A stretch of 64,000 nucleotides of DNA, taken from the NCBI GenBank assembly GCA_020348985.1, contig CP070761.1, positions 691,526 to 755,525 of the forward strand, given 5' to 3'. This document shows, piece after piece, positions 1 through 9,762 of the stretch. Every line of letters begins with the position of its first letter. The stretch's first letter is position 1. Both the position numbers and the translations under genes were made by a program. The DNA is from Candidatus Thorarchaeota archaeon (GTDB taxonomy: Archaea; Asgardarchaeota; Thorarchaeia; Thorarchaeales; Thorarchaeaceae). Under the pieces are notes generated by a model, which was not told the origin of the DNA, made no database searches, and saw nothing but the letters and a program-made list of their open reading frames with translations.

Positions 1-3000
1 TTGACCGTCTGTCGCAGTAACGGTGTAGAATATCCATATCCCTGGATTGTGATTTGGAATCTCATACTCCCACATGAAAGTCGAAGGATTGTAAGTCATA
101 TCCACGACATTGGGATCACTTCCATTGGTCCATGTCAACTGAACAGTGCTGAGTCCTGAACCACCGCTGTCAGATACAGAGGCCTCAACCAAAAGCGTCT
201 CAATTCCGCTGATATTCAGCATGGTTCCAGTAACTGATGCTATGTTCGGCTCTATGATATCGTTGAAGTGATATGTCTGTGTAGAGGATTGGACGAAGTT
301 ACCCGCATTATCATATGCAATGAGGATGTACTGCAAGTCATACTCTGCACCTGAGGTCCTGCTAACATTGACTTCCCACTTGCCGTTGCCCGAGTTGAAA
401 GTCATTGGCCTAGTTTCATCAGTGTTCACTAGGTAGATGTCCACATAGTCAATATCTGACGGCCCTATGTCTGTTGCCACGACTGAGATGGTGACGTACG
501 ACTGAAGTGAATCCCCTGAACTAATGCCCAGGCTGCTGAGTTCTGGGTCAAATGGGTCATTCCAAAAGTCGTGACTCAGTAGAGCTGTACTGTTCTCGTT
601 CCCTGCGTAGTCAAGAACTACAACCGTGTAGTTGAAAATGTAGTGAGTAGATCCGACCATCTGGACATATCCTGTCCAAAGTTCGGTGTCTCCATTGTAC
701 GTCAGAGATGTATTGGATTTGTCCGAGTCGTCCATGACCCTGACTTCAGCCACACCAGAACCCCCGATATCGCTGGCTGCAACTTCAAAGTGAAGCTGCT
801 CTTTGCTGTTGACGTACTTGACCTCAGTATCAAGGCTATCGAGCGAGGGTTTAAGCGTGTCACTTATTCCCTGAGATGATGAATATCCAACGAAAACAGG
901 ATCGACGGATATTTCATAGCCGCCCCACCATCTGAAGTTGATTATTGTGTAGAAGTGCGCAGACATAACCTTGAACGAAGTTGCACTTCCACCTGCATCA
1001 GATCTGTACGCAGCCTCGAATGCACGGACAGGTACAGTTTGCGCATCAACGACTGTGTAATTCGCACTTGGAATCTTGCTCCAGGTGTATGGCTGACCAC
1101 CAAGATTCATTGACGCGACTTCAGCTGCACCCATTGACACGTTATACTTTTGTGACGATGCGGTGGCATTGTTGGTCAGTTTTTGACCCAAATCGTCAAC
1201 ATATTGAGTAGTTAGAAGCGTGCCGTTCTCGTCTCTCATAGTCACGTGGCTGTAGAACGCCACGCCCAAGCTGCGTCCGGCAAGTACTGACCTACCACCG
1301 GGGGCATCTACATCCCATTCTCCGACGGTTAGATTGAACTTCACTTCGCCTTTGTTGTTGCTTGCATTCGTTATGTTCCCTTCAAACTCAACACCAATCT
1401 CGAAACTGTCTGTTGTCGCGCCTGACGGTCTTTCATCAAAGGTTGAGAAATCACTACCATAGTATTGACCTTGGTACCAATCCCAATAGCTATAATCACC
1501 AAATGGGAAGACAGCACCGCTCACATTCTCAAATGCCACGCCAAATGGTATGCTCGCGTTCACAGAGTAGAAGTCATTGCCTATAGCACTGCCGTTAGGA
1601 GTTGTGAAAGTAACACCATCAACACCTATTGGCATCCAGTAGTGAGTAAGTTCCGAGTCGTCAAGATTGGATGGATCAACGTCCATGACATTATTCGAGT
1701 TCGTGTCATTCCAAGCAAGCATTCCTGCGAATTCGTGCCAGACATCTACCGATACATACTCGGTTTCCGTATTATTGATGTACTCCGTTCCATAATGTTC
1801 GTAAAGCTCCCACCATATCCAAGACCATTCCTGTGAGTCTTCGACTGCCCAATCCCAGCCTTCATCTGTGGCCATCTGCTTCAAGTCTGTCTTGGTGAAA
1901 TTCTCAGCCATCCAAGCTATGTCCCAGTATCCCGGTCTCGGGCGTCCTTCCTGATCGAAGAGTGTACTATTGATTGCTGCCCACTGGGAAGGTGACACGG
2001 GGTCTCCGGTCTCTGCATCAAACCAGTAGAAGTTATCTGACCAGTCCGAAGTCCAGTTAACTGTGTAAAGGCCTGTGTATGATTCTACGAAGAACTCATC
2101 TCCGACTACAGTATTGTTGGGTTCCCAGAGTATCGTTATCCAAAGGTACTGTTCAGTGATGTTATAGGTGTCCATGGCCTCGAATGACTTTTTGACGAAA
2201 TACTGATCATCCTCCGTTTGCAGGTTCCCATCCAGATCTATCGCACCTGAGGAGGGATTGGTTTCCCAAGATTTGATATCCCACATCCCCCACTTCGGTG
2301 CGCCTATCACGATAGACCCTTGGTGGCGAACAATCGTGACTGGAAGTGGCGCATAGTCGACCTTCTTTCCGTAGCCCCATACCTTGTAGGCCTTGTGAAT
2401 CAAGTCAAGACTGCCGGTAACATCGAACCATGTTGTCTGGTTGAGTGTGAAGTTGAAACTCGGAATGTTGTACAGATGTCCAATTTCCGGTTCCCAGATG
2501 TCAACTATCTCAAGAGAGTGAGTTGCATTGACAAGGGCTAGGTAGGAGTCATGTCTAACAGGTTCCATCCAATTGTCAACCCACTGCAGCCCCTCGGCGT
2601 CCCACCACGCGAGGTTGTGATCAACTAGGGGCCACCAGGTTCCGTTGAACAAGTATTTCGCCGGGAAGGACGTGCCGTTGAAGTCGTCTGCAGGGACCAC
2701 TTCTGCTGTGAAGTCCATCCATTCATCCCATGTCACTCTGGACCCATTGAAGTCGTACATGTAATAGTATGAGACGTTGAGGAACGAGTCACCATCAGGA
2801 GTAAGTGTTTCATTTCCGAATGTTTGTACCCATGGATCACCTGAATAGAAGAAAGTGCCATTACTCAAGGTGATGTTGTAGAAGTAAACTCGGTCTTGCC
2901 ATGTGTGGTTCAGCTTCTGACCGGACTCCGTTATGACGTACTCATAGCCAAGGTCATCGTTGAATATCCGTTTGGTTCCTTGATCTATGTAGTCTCCCGA

Positions 3001-6000
3001 CAACAGATTTATCCAGCCCTCAACAATGAACTCCCAGGTCTGTAGGTCTCTTTGACCATACGCTACAGTCCAGTCATGGTGTATCAAGTCAGGTATCCGA
3101 ATGCTACCGTTGGCAATCGACACCCATGGAAAATCTCGTGGATCATCAAGGTTGGGATTCCAGGGTTCCATTGGATTACTGCCATGCCATGTTAGGTTGT
3201 ACAGCGTTCCACTCACGTTTGCTACATAGAATGGATATGTGTATGGAATGGGAACTTCCGGAGTAGGAATAGCTAGGAAATCACCCATGTAAATCGGTCG
3301 ATGCCAACCGCCCTCGATATAGACGTGCAGAACCCGCTCAGTTACATAGTTCAACTCCCAAATTGAACCAACTGGTGGCGCTCCTGGGAACGGGAGTTGC
3401 TCTTCATACCCTGCCATGTCTGTGAAGGCAAGGAATCTTGTCTCTGGCTCCGCCACGAAATAGTACTTGCCCAGATGCTCTACTCGGAAAGCCCTGTGAG
3501 GCCAGATACCGTCATAGAACCAATACATCAGTCCATCAGTTTGGTTAAAGTAAGCATAGTAGAACATCCCATTCTTTGGATGCATTATTTCATAAGCACG
3601 GTATTCTTCCCAGCTGCCATTCTCAAAGAAGACATAGTGATCGCCCTTCCAGATTGGCTCAGTAGCCATGAAGACAGGATAGGTTCCATTTACAAGAGCA
3701 ACTAGTCCAACCTCGGTCGCAATCTTCGACAGAACAGGTGGACCTACAATGAAACTGCCAGCTGGTTGGTAGACCACCGTTCCATTAATCGCAATCATAT
3801 ACTCAATGCTCAGCGGCTCCATCCAGTGTGCATAGTACGGAAAGTCGTTGAATGAAAGGAACCACCTCGTATCAGGCAATGAGATGTTGAACACGGTTGC
3901 ATACTTGCCACCCTTGATTGGAATTCTCGTTCCATTCAGCAACTCATAGTAGTAGGACCAGTATCCGGAATAGTCACCGGTTTCAGGATTATAGGCAGTG
4001 GAATTCCATTCCTCAAACACAACACGCTCTTCCGAGAACCCGGTCTCATCTGTCACAACAATCGTTCTAACAAACTCTGTCTGATTGTCAACGAAGATGT
4101 ACGGGCTGGCTTCCACTGGATAGACTTCATCATAAGCAAGCGTGTCATTGTTTCTCATCGAGAGAGATTTGTAAGGTGCCTCAGTATAGACGCGCTCTGT
4201 ACTGTTCATATAGCTGTATACCGGTTCTTGGACCCAACCAAGCACCATATGTTCGCCCCAACCGGCTTCATAGTCAGTGACTACAGTAAGATTCCCGTAG
4301 ATGTAGTACCATTCCCACTCCAATTCAGGCATTTCGGCTGAAGGAGTCACATCAAATAGTACTCTGAGATCATTTCCGAGGACTTCATAGGAGGGGTTTC
4401 CGACATCTACATAGTTCACTGACATTACTGTTTCTTTGCTATGGTACGGAATCCATTCATCAGACCAATCATTCTTAGTGAAGTCCCAGAATTGCTCTTT
4501 CCAGTAATCGCTCTCGACCCAGACTTGCCTCCATTCCCAATGGTTAGGGAAGACCTCGATATACTGCTCTTCCCAGTGACCGCCAAATCCCCAGGAAGTA
4601 CGTCTAGTCATATTGTATACCGAAACATCTGTTGTCCCATCTGGAGCAACGCCGACTATCATCTCTACTTCAGTGTCTTGAGACCATTCATAGCCTGCTT
4701 CGAATCCCCACTTGTGGTCAAAAGAGTAAAGGACAAGAGCGACTCCATCAATATCGTCTGCATAATCAGCGCCTCCTTGGAGCCTTGATTTGACAGTGAA
4801 AGTCTCCTGCTTATCGACGACAAACATCCATGATGGTTCGAAAGGTTGACCTTTCTTCAACAATTGCACAATCGAAATCGGGGTCTCAATCGAAAGCTGA
4901 TGAAGAGCTTCATACTCAACCTGTTCGGTGCTCTCTGACGTAGGGAGATATGATGAAGGAGTTAGTCTCTTGCCATCAGTGGAATAGACCAATTCTTGAA
5001 CTCTTCTGGGCGCGCCAAACTCTACGCCTGTCGGAACCATTACATCGCTTATGTGTCCCCTGAAATTCACAATGTGAGAATTCCCGACGAGTCGGTATTC
5101 ACTTCCCGTTGTGTTCAATGTGTATGGCATCGGGATTGACCCGTCTTGTGGCCATGGATAAAACTCGAAACGTTCTCGTTCTTCCCAGTCACCCCATTCG
5201 GGTATCCATTCAAACTCAGGGAACCCGTAGGCCAAACGAATGCCAAAAGAGTTGTTTGCAAACCAGTATACTACTGCCATCTTGCCCCATGTGAAGCCTC
5301 GTTCCATCTTGGCGTCGCGGGGGTTCCAGTAGTCAAACTCAAAGCCCAAGTCCAGCCACACTAGTTCAGTTTCCCAATGCAGACCATACTTTGTTATTGT
5401 GTGATTTATCTTGATGCTGGCATTCCAGATGTAGATGCCCGAGCTTCTGTCAAAGACCCACCCACCGGTGTAGTTTGTGGTTTCTGAATAAGGTCCATCA
5501 ACATACCGGCTCTTGCGGATTCTTTCAGGCAAATCTATCAGGACAGAAACATTGTCGAGACTAGGCCCGATCACAGAGGCAGTCATATTGAAGTCAACTC
5601 CGCGTGTTGCAGAATAGATAAGATTGCCGTCATCGTCAACACGAGTCCAATCATAATAGCCGCCTGTGGCGATAGCCATTACCTCGTCAAATGTTATTCC
5701 GACAGCCCTGACCGACAATTCATCATCCATACTTTGTGCCAAAGGTTCAAGCTCATTGTCCATTGCCACTGCATGGAATCCATACACGCCAGGCAGGGAG
5801 GAAGAGTTGAACCTCAAAGTAAACTCCACCCAGATGTTTTCTGGACCTATGACCACATTGCTGGCGTTGGCATCAATTTCAAGGAAAGGATTCAGTGGTG
5901 GACCAAAAATGTCCTCTAGACTCCAATCCGCAGGTAATTCCTCTGGAGGACCTGCCTCTGGACCCATGAATGTGGCATTGTAGCTCGAATAGACATGCCA

Positions 6001-6513
6001 GGTCTGATTCTGAACCTCATAAAGAGCAATAAGACCAATCTGTGTTTCTGGTTCAGGGCCAGGCCTTACGAGTGTGGAGATATTGACAAATTGTCCAGCA
6101 AACGCGACAGCATAGGGAAGTGATCCGCTTAGCGCGCTCTTAGGAATCTTCAATCTATAATCTGCCCAGCCGTCTATCTCAATTGTGTCGTCAATGAGGA
6201 TTGGATCCTTTGTGGTGGAGTTTCTAACTTTCCATGTAATGCTTGGTCCAAACATCCATTCGCTCCAGTCTACTGATTCATTAAACGCTTCGTTCCTATA
6301 TCCTTGTTCCCATTGAACATGCGTATAGTTCTCAGGGTAATCAGCAGGAACCTGAATCCTCTCAAACTGCTGCTCCCAGCCAATCCTCGATTGAGAGGCA
6401 TCCATGGCCCCATCCTGTGTTCGGGGGATAACTGGCATCATCCACAGGGATACAACAAATAGTGTAAGCATAGATAACGGAAGTAGCCTATTCGCCAATC
6501 TCACGGTTCTCAT
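1..6513 (-). CDS. giant secreted/cell-surface protein, >2170 aa in window; start at 6513, C-terminus lies beyond the window start
   Basis: ATG at 6513 (complement) is preceded by GAGAGGA. The N-terminus MRTVRLANRLLPLSMLTLFVVSLWMMPVIP is a typical signal peptide. The ORF track lists no minus-strand stop-bounded ORF anywhere in 1-6500. Spot translations at 1-60, 3961-4080, 5101-5160 and 6421-6513 are all stop-free in the same frame. They are rich in W/Y/N/D with many N-x-S/T sequons. The plus-strand ORFs in this span are short antisense shadows. Confidence 0.8.
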   Translation of the reverse strand, partial: MRTVRLANRLLPLSMLTLFVVSLWMMPVIPRTQDGAMDASQSRIGWEQQFERIQVPADYPENYTHVQWEQGYRNEAFNESVDWSEWMFGPSITWKVRNSTTKDPILIDDTIEIDGWADYRLKIPKSALSGSLPYAVAFAGQFVNISTLVRPGPEPETQIGLIALYEVQNQTWHVYSSYNATFMGPEAGPPEELPADWSLEDIFGPPLNPFLEIDANASNVVIGPENIWVEFTLRFNSSSLPGVYGFHAVAMDNELEPLAQSMDDELSVRAVGITFDEVMAIATGGYYDWTRVDDDGNLIYSATRGVDFNMTASVIGPSLDNVSVLIDLPERIRKSRYVDGPYSETTNYTGGWVFDRSSGIYIWNASIKINHTITKYGLHWETELVWLDLGFEFDYWNPRDAKMERGFTWGKMAVVYWFANNSFGIRLAYGFPEFEWIPEWGDWEERERFEFYPWPQDGSIPMPYTLNTTGSEYRLVGNSHIVNFRGHISDVMVPTGVEFGAPRRVQELVYSTDGKRLTPSSYLPTSESTEQVEYEALHQLSIETPISIVQLLKKGQPFEPSWMFVVDKQETFTVKSRLQGGADYADDIDGVALVLYSFDHKWGFEAGYEWSQDTEVEMIVGVAPDGTTDVSVYNMTRRTSWGFGGHWEEQYIEVFPNHWEWRQVWVESDYWKEQFWDFTKNDWSDEWIPYHSKETVMSVNYVDVGNPSYEVLGNDLRVLFDVTPSAEMPELEWEWYYIYGNLTVVTDYEAGWGEHMVLGWVQEPVYSYMNSTERVYTEAPYKSLSMRNNDTLAYDEVYPVEASPYIFVDNQTEFVRTIVVTDETGFSEERVVFEEWNSTAYNPETGDYSGYWSYYYELLNGTRIPIKGGKYATVFNISLPDTRWFLSFNDFPYYAHWMEPLSIEYMIAINGTVVYQPAGSFIVGPPVLSKIATEVGLVALVNGTYPVFMATEPIWKGDHYVFFENGSWEEYRAYEIMHPKNGMFYYAYFNQTDGLMYWFYDGIWPHRAFRVEHLGKYYFVAEPETRFLAFTDMAGYEEQLPFPGAPPVGSIWELNYVTERVLHVYIEGGWHRPIYMGDFLAIPTPEVPIPYTYPFYVANVSGTLYNLTWHGSNPMEPWNPNLDDPRDFPWVSIANGSIRIPDLIHHDWTVAYGQRDLQTWEFIVEGWINLLSGDYIDQGTKRIFNDDLGYEYVITESGQKLNHTWQDRVYFYNITLSNGTFFYSGDPWVQTFGNETLTPDGDSFLNVSYYYMYDFNGSRVTWDEWMDFTAEVVPADDFNGTSFPAKYLFNGTWWPLVDHNLAWWDAEGLQWVDNWMEPVRHDSYLALVNATHSLEIVDIWEPEIGHLYNIPSFNFTLNQTTWFDVTGSLDLIHKAYKVWGYGKKVDYAPLPVTIVRHQGSIVIGAPKWGMWDIKSWETNPSSGAIDLDGNLQTEDDQYFVKKSFEAMDTYNITEQYLWITILWEPNNTVVGDEFFVESYTGLYTVNWTSDWSDNFYWFDAETGDPVSPSQWAAINSTLFDQEGRPRPGYWDIAWMAENFTKTDLKQMATDEGWDWAVEDSQEWSWIWWELYEHYGTEYINNTETEYVSVDVWHEFAGMLAWNDTNSNNVMDVDPSNLDDSELTHYWMPIGVDGVTFTTPNGSAIGNDFYSVNASIPFGVAFENVSGAVFPFGDYSYWDWYQGQYYGSDFSTFDERPSGATTDSFEIGVEFEGNITNASNNKGEVKFNLTVGEWDVDAPGGRSVLAGRSLGVAFYSHVTMRDENGTLLTTQYVDDLGQKLTNNATASSQKYNVSMGAAEVASMNLGGQPYTWSKIPSANYTVVDAQTVPVRAFEAAYRSDAGGSATSFKVMSAHFYTIINFRWWGGYEISVDPVFVGYSSSQGISDTLKPSLDSLDTEVKYVNSKEQLHFEVAASDIGGSGVAEVRVMDDSDKSNTSLTYNGDTELWTGYVQMVGSTHYIFNYTVVVLDYAGNENSTALLSHDFWNDPFDPELSSLGISSGDSLQSYVTISVVATDIGPSDIDYVDIYLVNTDETRPMTFNSGNGKWEVNVSRTSGAEYDLQYILIAYDNAGNFVQSSTQTYHFNDIIEPNIASVTGTMLNISGIETLLVEASVSDSGGSGLSTVQLTWTNGSDPNVVDMTYNPSTFMWEYEIPNHNPGIWIFYTVTATDGQ

Positions 6514-6565
6514 TCCTCTCTGTACATAACAGGCGACACAGACTGGCCCAAATTGAACAACCAAC

Positions 6566-6578
6566 GGACAGACTGTCC
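6566..6578. promoter_or_regulatory. perfect palindrome GGACAGaCTGTCC about 55-65 nt upstream of the giant gene start, followed by a near-palindromic CTAGGTCGCCGGCGCACTAG
   Basis: Read directly from the sequence; it lies in the 216-bp gap between the membrane-protein gene and the giant gene. Confidence 0.3.
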
Positions 6579-6729
6579 TAGGTCGCCGGCGCACTAGATA
6601 CTGACTAATTGCAGAAATATAAGGATACGGTGAATGAACGAGAAGACGACCTATTACAAGTAATTCAGAGCTTCTCCAAAAAACGAGACAAGAATCCCGG
6701 CTATGAGACCGGGACTCAGGTCATTTGTG

Positions 6730-9627
6730 TTATGGGAATGGCGGAATGGGTCCACCGAACATGAACCATACTATGGGTGTGATGTATGCCTCGATTAGAG
6801 CTGACACAAGAAGGAAGAAGACTATGAGGGCAAATGCTCTCCACGTCCTTTCGTCACCTAGGAGTGTCCTCGTCTTGGCAGGAATGGCATCCCAGCTCTC
6901 AGTGCGGACATCCGGAGCCAAGTTCCTCGCAATTCTGAGCGATACCGAGGCAGCTATCAAAAAGGCAGGAATCTCCACGATGGCATGGGGCAGGATACTC
7001 GACAGGAACGTCATGATGTTCGCACCTGACATGTAGTATATCACGCTAATTCCACCGATGAACAGTGCAGTTGAAAGCACCTCAGCTATTGCGATCGCCA
7101 TTAGGCTAAACCTAACATAAGCTAGAAGAAAGTCCTCCTTTCTTGCTTCTGCTGAGCCAAAAGCCTTTGATAGACCTGCAATTATGAATGGCAGAACAAC
7201 AAGTGCTATGATGGTAAACTGGTCGTCATATGCGAAGTATTCCATTGCAAAGAAGGTCAAAACGAGCGGGAACCAAAGTCCGCCAACACCATTTCCTGAG
7301 ACCCATCGGTACACAGCCATGAGAATGCAGGCTGCAAAGAAAATCCCAAAGAGCACCATTGCACGATATCCTAGTTCCGCAGAAAACGTCCAAGGATTGA
7401 ACCATGGATTAGTACTCGGAACGAAGACTCCTGCCCACATGTCCAAATAGGTCCAGGCGAAGGACATTGCAATCAGGATTACGACTATTCCGAGAGATGC
7501 AGAACCAAGTCTGCGGTCCGACTGGCTCTTCTCCTTGTCAGCACCATACCACAACAGTGCGGACCAAAATAGGGGTCCGAAGAACATCATCACGAATGTT
7601 CTTACGATGTTGTGCTCTGCAAGTATCAAGAAACTAGTGGCAAGCTCAGTTTCTACAAAGAATCGCAGAACTTGTTCCAATCCATTTGGATCGCCAATCT
7701 CAGCCAATAGAGTCCAAATAATCGCTTCAATGTCGAGCTGCGGAAATGCTGTGAATATTATGAGAACAGCCACAACGGATCCTACCAGCCCCATGAGAAA
7801 CATGAGCAGCGCGTCTCCAAAGTCGCCCGCCTTAAGATTGAGTCCAAACTCTTCCTCAACTGACACCACAGTTGCAGGGGGTTCAGGTACATCAGGGACA
7901 ATCAGCTCTTCTGGAGCTTCGACAAGCACGTCTTCATCAAACTCGTAGTCCACTTCAGAAGGAATCTCAATTGGTGGAGGTGCCGGTATTTCGGGCGCCT
8001 CAATCATCATTTTTGACTCCTTTCTTCTGAAATCGAGGTAGTACATTACAAAGAGCGCCGTGAATATGTAAACAGGCATGTTGACAATGAACTGGGCGGC
8101 GAGTCGAGCCAAGTACTCACCTGGCGGAGGTATGCTTATGATAGTCCTTAGACTATAAAATAGAATCCCATCTACAGTTCCGGGCGTAGGAGCAGTGTTA
8201 ACGATATAATCCATACCAGGCAAGAGGATCCAAGTTGCCACTGACACAGTAAGACCGGCGAAGAATGCGAACCCCTCAACACTCCCTTTTGCCTGAATGC
8301 GAGCAAGATGGCCAAGGACTCCTGTCAGAATCATGGTTCCAAATGGGATCAGCAGCATCATCAGTGTCCATACTTTGGCAGTGAACATGGATTCTGAATT
8401 GATGGCTGGATTCAACAAGTCCGTTATGACATCGATGGCGACTTGTCCAGGATATATGTCTAGTCGGAATGCATTGACCCAAGCATAGTGAAGTGTCACT
8501 CCCATAACTGCACCAACAAAAGCTGCAGTCGCAACAGCTCCAACGGAGACAGAAGCCACAAAGCTTCTAACTGCTGCAACCCAGCTTGTTGTCGAAATCT
8601 TCTGTCTTGCTCTCCTTAGCGCATCGAATGTCCTCTTGTAGAGAACTACAGCGAAGTCCTCCGTTAGGGGAAGAATGAGAATGGCCATCACAATTGGCCA
8701 AAATGCGAAGTAGAGACCTCGAGTGTAGTAGACCAATATGTCTGGATATGCAGGATGCCAGAATTCCCAGAAACCAAAGTCACGTATTAGGAAGATTACA
8801 GTCAGAATCAAGTTCAGTCTGAAGAACCACCCGAGAACACCCCTCATCATCTCGCTTCCAAGATCTCTATCGCCAAGTTTGAGCCCAGCTCCCTTTGCGA
8901 TTCGGTTCGAGGAAGCATATCCAAATCTGTAGATCCAGGTCAGGAAGATGAGGACAGTGTTTATGTAGGCATTAAGAGACCACAAGCCCGAACCAGTTCG
9001 GTAAAGCCCAGCCTCCAGGTATACACCGATTGATGGAAGGAGTGTGGCAAGTCCTATTATGAGGTAGTCTTTCCAAGCCCCTGTCCTTTGCCTGACATCA
9101 ATGTTGTCCAACGGATTCATATCGACGCCCTCGAATGTGATGTGATCGAGCCGGTCGCCAAAACTAGCGTATCCGTCGGTTTCAGGCTCACGCCTTGTTA
9201 TAGATCTAATCAGATTACTGAACCGCACTTTCAACGGGTCCTGCAGGCGTAGCTTGATTGCTAAGACTCCCATTCCGAAAAACACGGCAATCAGCGACAC
9301 CATTACCCAAGTGAGAAAGTCCTGCAACGCGCTAACAAATTGAAACATGAACTCAGTCATAACCACGCCAAAGAACGAATTGGAGTTTAGCGTAGGGTCG
9401 AACGAGGAGTCAACATTATCAAATCCGTCCCAAATTGCGAAGAAGCTAAATGAGACGAGTCGAATGAACATTAACGCGATGAAGGCCTCAACGAATTTGT
9501 TCCGACGTTTCCCGAAGAATATCAGATACACGATCGTGACAACAAGTGGTGGAATCAGTTGGAAAAGCACTGTCATCGGTGTTATGACTACCATCTGGAT
9601 GAACTCCTTTCTTCGACTTAGATTCAT
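6730..9627 (-). CDS. large polytopic integral membrane protein (965 aa), about 20+ predicted TM helices in two blocks separated by an acidic Pro/Glu-rich linker; function unknown
   Basis: Long ORF with many hydrophobic stretches throughout and a central linker EAPEIPAPPPIEIPSEVDYEFDEDVLVEAPEELIVPDVPEPP. It is co-oriented with and directly upstream of the giant secreted protein gene. No AglB WWDYG motif was seen. Confidence 0.85.
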   Translation of the reverse strand: MNLSRRKEFIQMVVITPMTVLFQLIPPLVVTIVYLIFFGKRRNKFVEAFIALMFIRLVSFSFFAIWDGFDNVDSSFDPTLNSNSFFGVVMTEFMFQFVSALQDFLTWVMVSLIAVFFGMGVLAIKLRLQDPLKVRFSNLIRSITRREPETDGYASFGDRLDHITFEGVDMNPLDNIDVRQRTGAWKDYLIIGLATLLPSIGVYLEAGLYRTGSGLWSLNAYINTVLIFLTWIYRFGYASSNRIAKGAGLKLGDRDLGSEMMRGVLGWFFRLNLILTVIFLIRDFGFWEFWHPAYPDILVYYTRGLYFAFWPIVMAILILPLTEDFAVVLYKRTFDALRRARQKISTTSWVAAVRSFVASVSVGAVATAAFVGAVMGVTLHYAWVNAFRLDIYPGQVAIDVITDLLNPAINSESMFTAKVWTLMMLLIPFGTMILTGVLGHLARIQAKGSVEGFAFFAGLTVSVATWILLPGMDYIVNTAPTPGTVDGILFYSLRTIISIPPPGEYLARLAAQFIVNMPVYIFTALFVMYYLDFRRKESKMMIEAPEIPAPPPIEIPSEVDYEFDEDVLVEAPEELIVPDVPEPPATVVSVEEEFGLNLKAGDFGDALLMFLMGLVGSVVAVLIIFTAFPQLDIEAIIWTLLAEIGDPNGLEQVLRFFVETELATSFLILAEHNIVRTFVMMFFGPLFWSALLWYGADKEKSQSDRRLGSASLGIVVILIAMSFAWTYLDMWAGVFVPSTNPWFNPWTFSAELGYRAMVLFGIFFAACILMAVYRWVSGNGVGGLWFPLVLTFFAMEYFAYDDQFTIIALVVLPFIIAGLSKAFGSAEARKEDFLLAYVRFSLMAIAIAEVLSTALFIGGISVIYYMSGANIMTFLSSILPHAIVEIPAFLIAASVSLRIARNLAPDVRTESWDAIPAKTRTLLGDERTWRAFALIVFFLLVSALIEAYITPIVWFMFGGPIPPFP

Positions 9628-9643
9628 GCTAGAGTTTCCATTA

Positions 9644-9651
9644 GTAAAAAA
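9644..9651 (-). promoter_or_regulatory. T-rich TATA-like element (TTTTTTAC on the minus strand) just upstream of the membrane-protein ORF start
   Basis: Sequence only. The spacing (-17 to -24 from the annotated ATG) is short, so the true start may be the in-frame Met12. Confidence 0.2.
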
Positions 9652-9704
9652 GGTTCGCGGGACATCCTACTTCAGGAAGAGTCAGCGTCCACACCGAAAC
9701 CTAA

Positions 9705-9718
9705 TTAACAAATGTTAA
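9705..9718. promoter_or_regulatory. perfect inverted repeat TTAACA-AA-TGTTAA about 50 nt upstream of the ferritin start codon; candidate metal-responsive operator
   Basis: Palindrome in the divergent intergenic region between the membrane protein gene and ferritin. Confidence 0.3.
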
Positions 9719-9762
9719 CAGTCTCAGAATCAAAGCCCGACGATTTCGTATGAGGGTACGCG

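Noticed and set aside
643-5983. Eleven plus-strand ORFs of 61-123 aa across the first 6 kb
   Set aside because: All are antisense to the continuous minus-strand giant ORF (6513→1) and have low-complexity, stop-poor composition. They are shadow ORFs.
7184-9718. Plus-strand ORFs (7184-7450, 7535-7948, 8297-8488, 8738-8932, 9347-9718) and minus 8276-8482 inside the membrane-protein gene
   Set aside because: They overlap the 965-aa membrane ORF in other frames, show Ser/Thr/Arg-rich junk composition and have no RBS or promoter context.
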